Of a stretch of DNA of 64,000 nt, positions 63,245 to 64,000 are shown one piece after another. Position numbers and translations under genes: made by a program. Each line of letters starts with the position of its first letter. Position 1 is the stretch's first letter. Origin of the DNA: an uncultured Alphaproteobacteria bacterium (GTDB taxonomy: Bacteria; Pseudomonadota; Alphaproteobacteria; Geminicoccales; Geminicoccaceae); assembly GCA_902826935.1 (NCBI GenBank), contig CADEGR010000005.1, positions 1,256 to 65,255 of the forward strand, given 5' to 3'. The notes beneath the pieces were generated by a model. The model was not told the DNA's origin. It saw only the letters and a list, made by a program, of their open reading frames with translations, and ran no database searches.

Positions 63245-64000
63245 ATGAGCGCCATGACAAAGCGGATCGATCAGCGGCCGGGGCTGCCGCGCCGGCGGTT
63301 TCTCGAGCGGGCGGGGATGCTCGGCGGGGCCGCTTTGGCGGCACCGGCGATTCTCCGGTTCCGGAGTGCTTTGGCCCAGGACAAGCCGGCCGAGCTGATC
63401 GTGCGGGCTTGGGGCGGAGTCTGGGTCGAGAGCCTGGAGAAGGGCGTGTCCAAGCCCTTCAGCGAGGCGACCGGCATCGCGATTCGCCATGACCTGACCG
63501 AGGACAACGAGCTACGGCCGAAGATCTGGGCGGCGGTCGATCAGGGCCGGGTGCCGCCGATCCACGTCAATTGGGATACCACCACCAACGCCTCCAAATC
63601 GGCGCTGCGCGGGGTCGCCGAGGATCTGAGCGACCTCAAGGGCCTGGCTGAGCTGCTGCCGCTGGCCAAGCCGGCCGGCATGGAGGGCTGGCCCTTGGTC
63701 AACACCTATTCCTATGTCTACGTGCTGGCCTATCGCGACGAAGCCTTCCCGAATGGCGCGCCCGACAGCTGGCAGGTCATGGTCGACCCGAAGTTCAAGG
63801 GCCGGGTCGCGATCTACGACGACGGCATCGGCTTCCATCCAGCCGCCCAGATCGCCGGAGGCGGCAGGCTCGAGGACATCCCCGACAACATGGAGCCCTG
63901 CTGGCGCTTCTTCGAGCAGCTGAAGGCCAACGAGCCGTTGCTCGGCGAGGATCCGGACTTCACCACCTGGTTCCAGAACGGCGAGATCGACGTCGCCTGC
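63245..64000 (+). CDS. ABC transporter periplasmic substrate-binding protein (PotD/PotF-like), Tat signal; runs off the right edge
   Basis: My own translation: MSAMTKRIDQRPGLPRRRFLERAGMLGGAALAAPAILRFRSALAQDKPAELIVRAWGGVWVESL... It is absent from the ORF track because there is no stop in the window. ATG 63254 is an alternative start. Confidence 0.8.
   Translation, partial: MSAMTKRIDQRPGLPRRRFLERAGMLGGAALAAPAILRFRSALAQDKPAELIVRAWGGVWVESLEKGVSKPFSEATGIAIRHDLTEDNELRPKIWAAVDQGRVPPIHVNWDTTTNASKSALRGVAEDLSDLKGLAELLPLAKPAGMEGWPLVNTYSYVYVLAYRDEAFPNGAPDSWQVMVDPKFKGRVAIYDDGIGFHPAAQIAGGGRLEDIPDNMEPCWRFFEQLKANEPLLGEDPDFTTWFQNGEIDVAC

Noticed and set aside
61195-63255. 686-aa minus-strand ORF that looks like one large gene.
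   Set aside because: Only its last 257 codons (61195-61968) encode an SDR with TGxxxGIG/YxxxK motifs. The upstream part is antisense to a clear ABC ATPase (62044-63210).

Overview
This is a visibly high-GC, densely coding chromosomal segment. Its gene content and synteny look alphaproteobacterial (Rhodospirillales/Rhizobiales-like): rluD-rpoH, form-II cox genes, and a TSUP+TIGR02186 pair. About 60 genes can be supported. No rRNA, tRNA or CRISPR array was seen. Main contents, left to right:
- A truncated RumA-type rRNA methyltransferase, then rluD and rpoH.
- A decayed IS630-family transposase next to a complete sigma54/PspF-type phage-shock locus (pspF divergent from small ORF-pspA-pspB-pspC).
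- A SAM-cyclase-STAND-TPR signalling protein.
- A VOC, cytochrome b561 and YceI group.
- coxG-coxS-coxL-coxM, where CoxL carries the form-II AYRGAGR motif.
- A translationally coupled pentahaem cytochrome c plus outer-membrane beta-barrel pair behind an atypical ~470-bp leader. This is my top candidate for an undescribed system.
- A cluster of AGPS-like flavoenzyme, GNAT, non-pyrrolysine MttB and a DapA-like protein.
- An MHYT-PAS-GGDEF(degenerate)-EAL protein.
- dgoK and dgoA plus an IlvD/Edd dehydratase.
- An HPF-cold-shock-domain fusion.
- Two convergent MlaC paralogues.
- A TSUP, TIGR02186 and USP operon with ArsR.
- An ~13-kb envelope island: an M23 peptidase, a PG-binding protein, an autotransporter, a His->Arg pseudo-caspase lipoprotein, and a 1772-aa giant (caspase, 10 cadherin-like repeats, Sel1, PG-binding domain).

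All calls come from reading translations and motifs by eye. No database search or structure prediction was run, so family names are recognition-level assignments.
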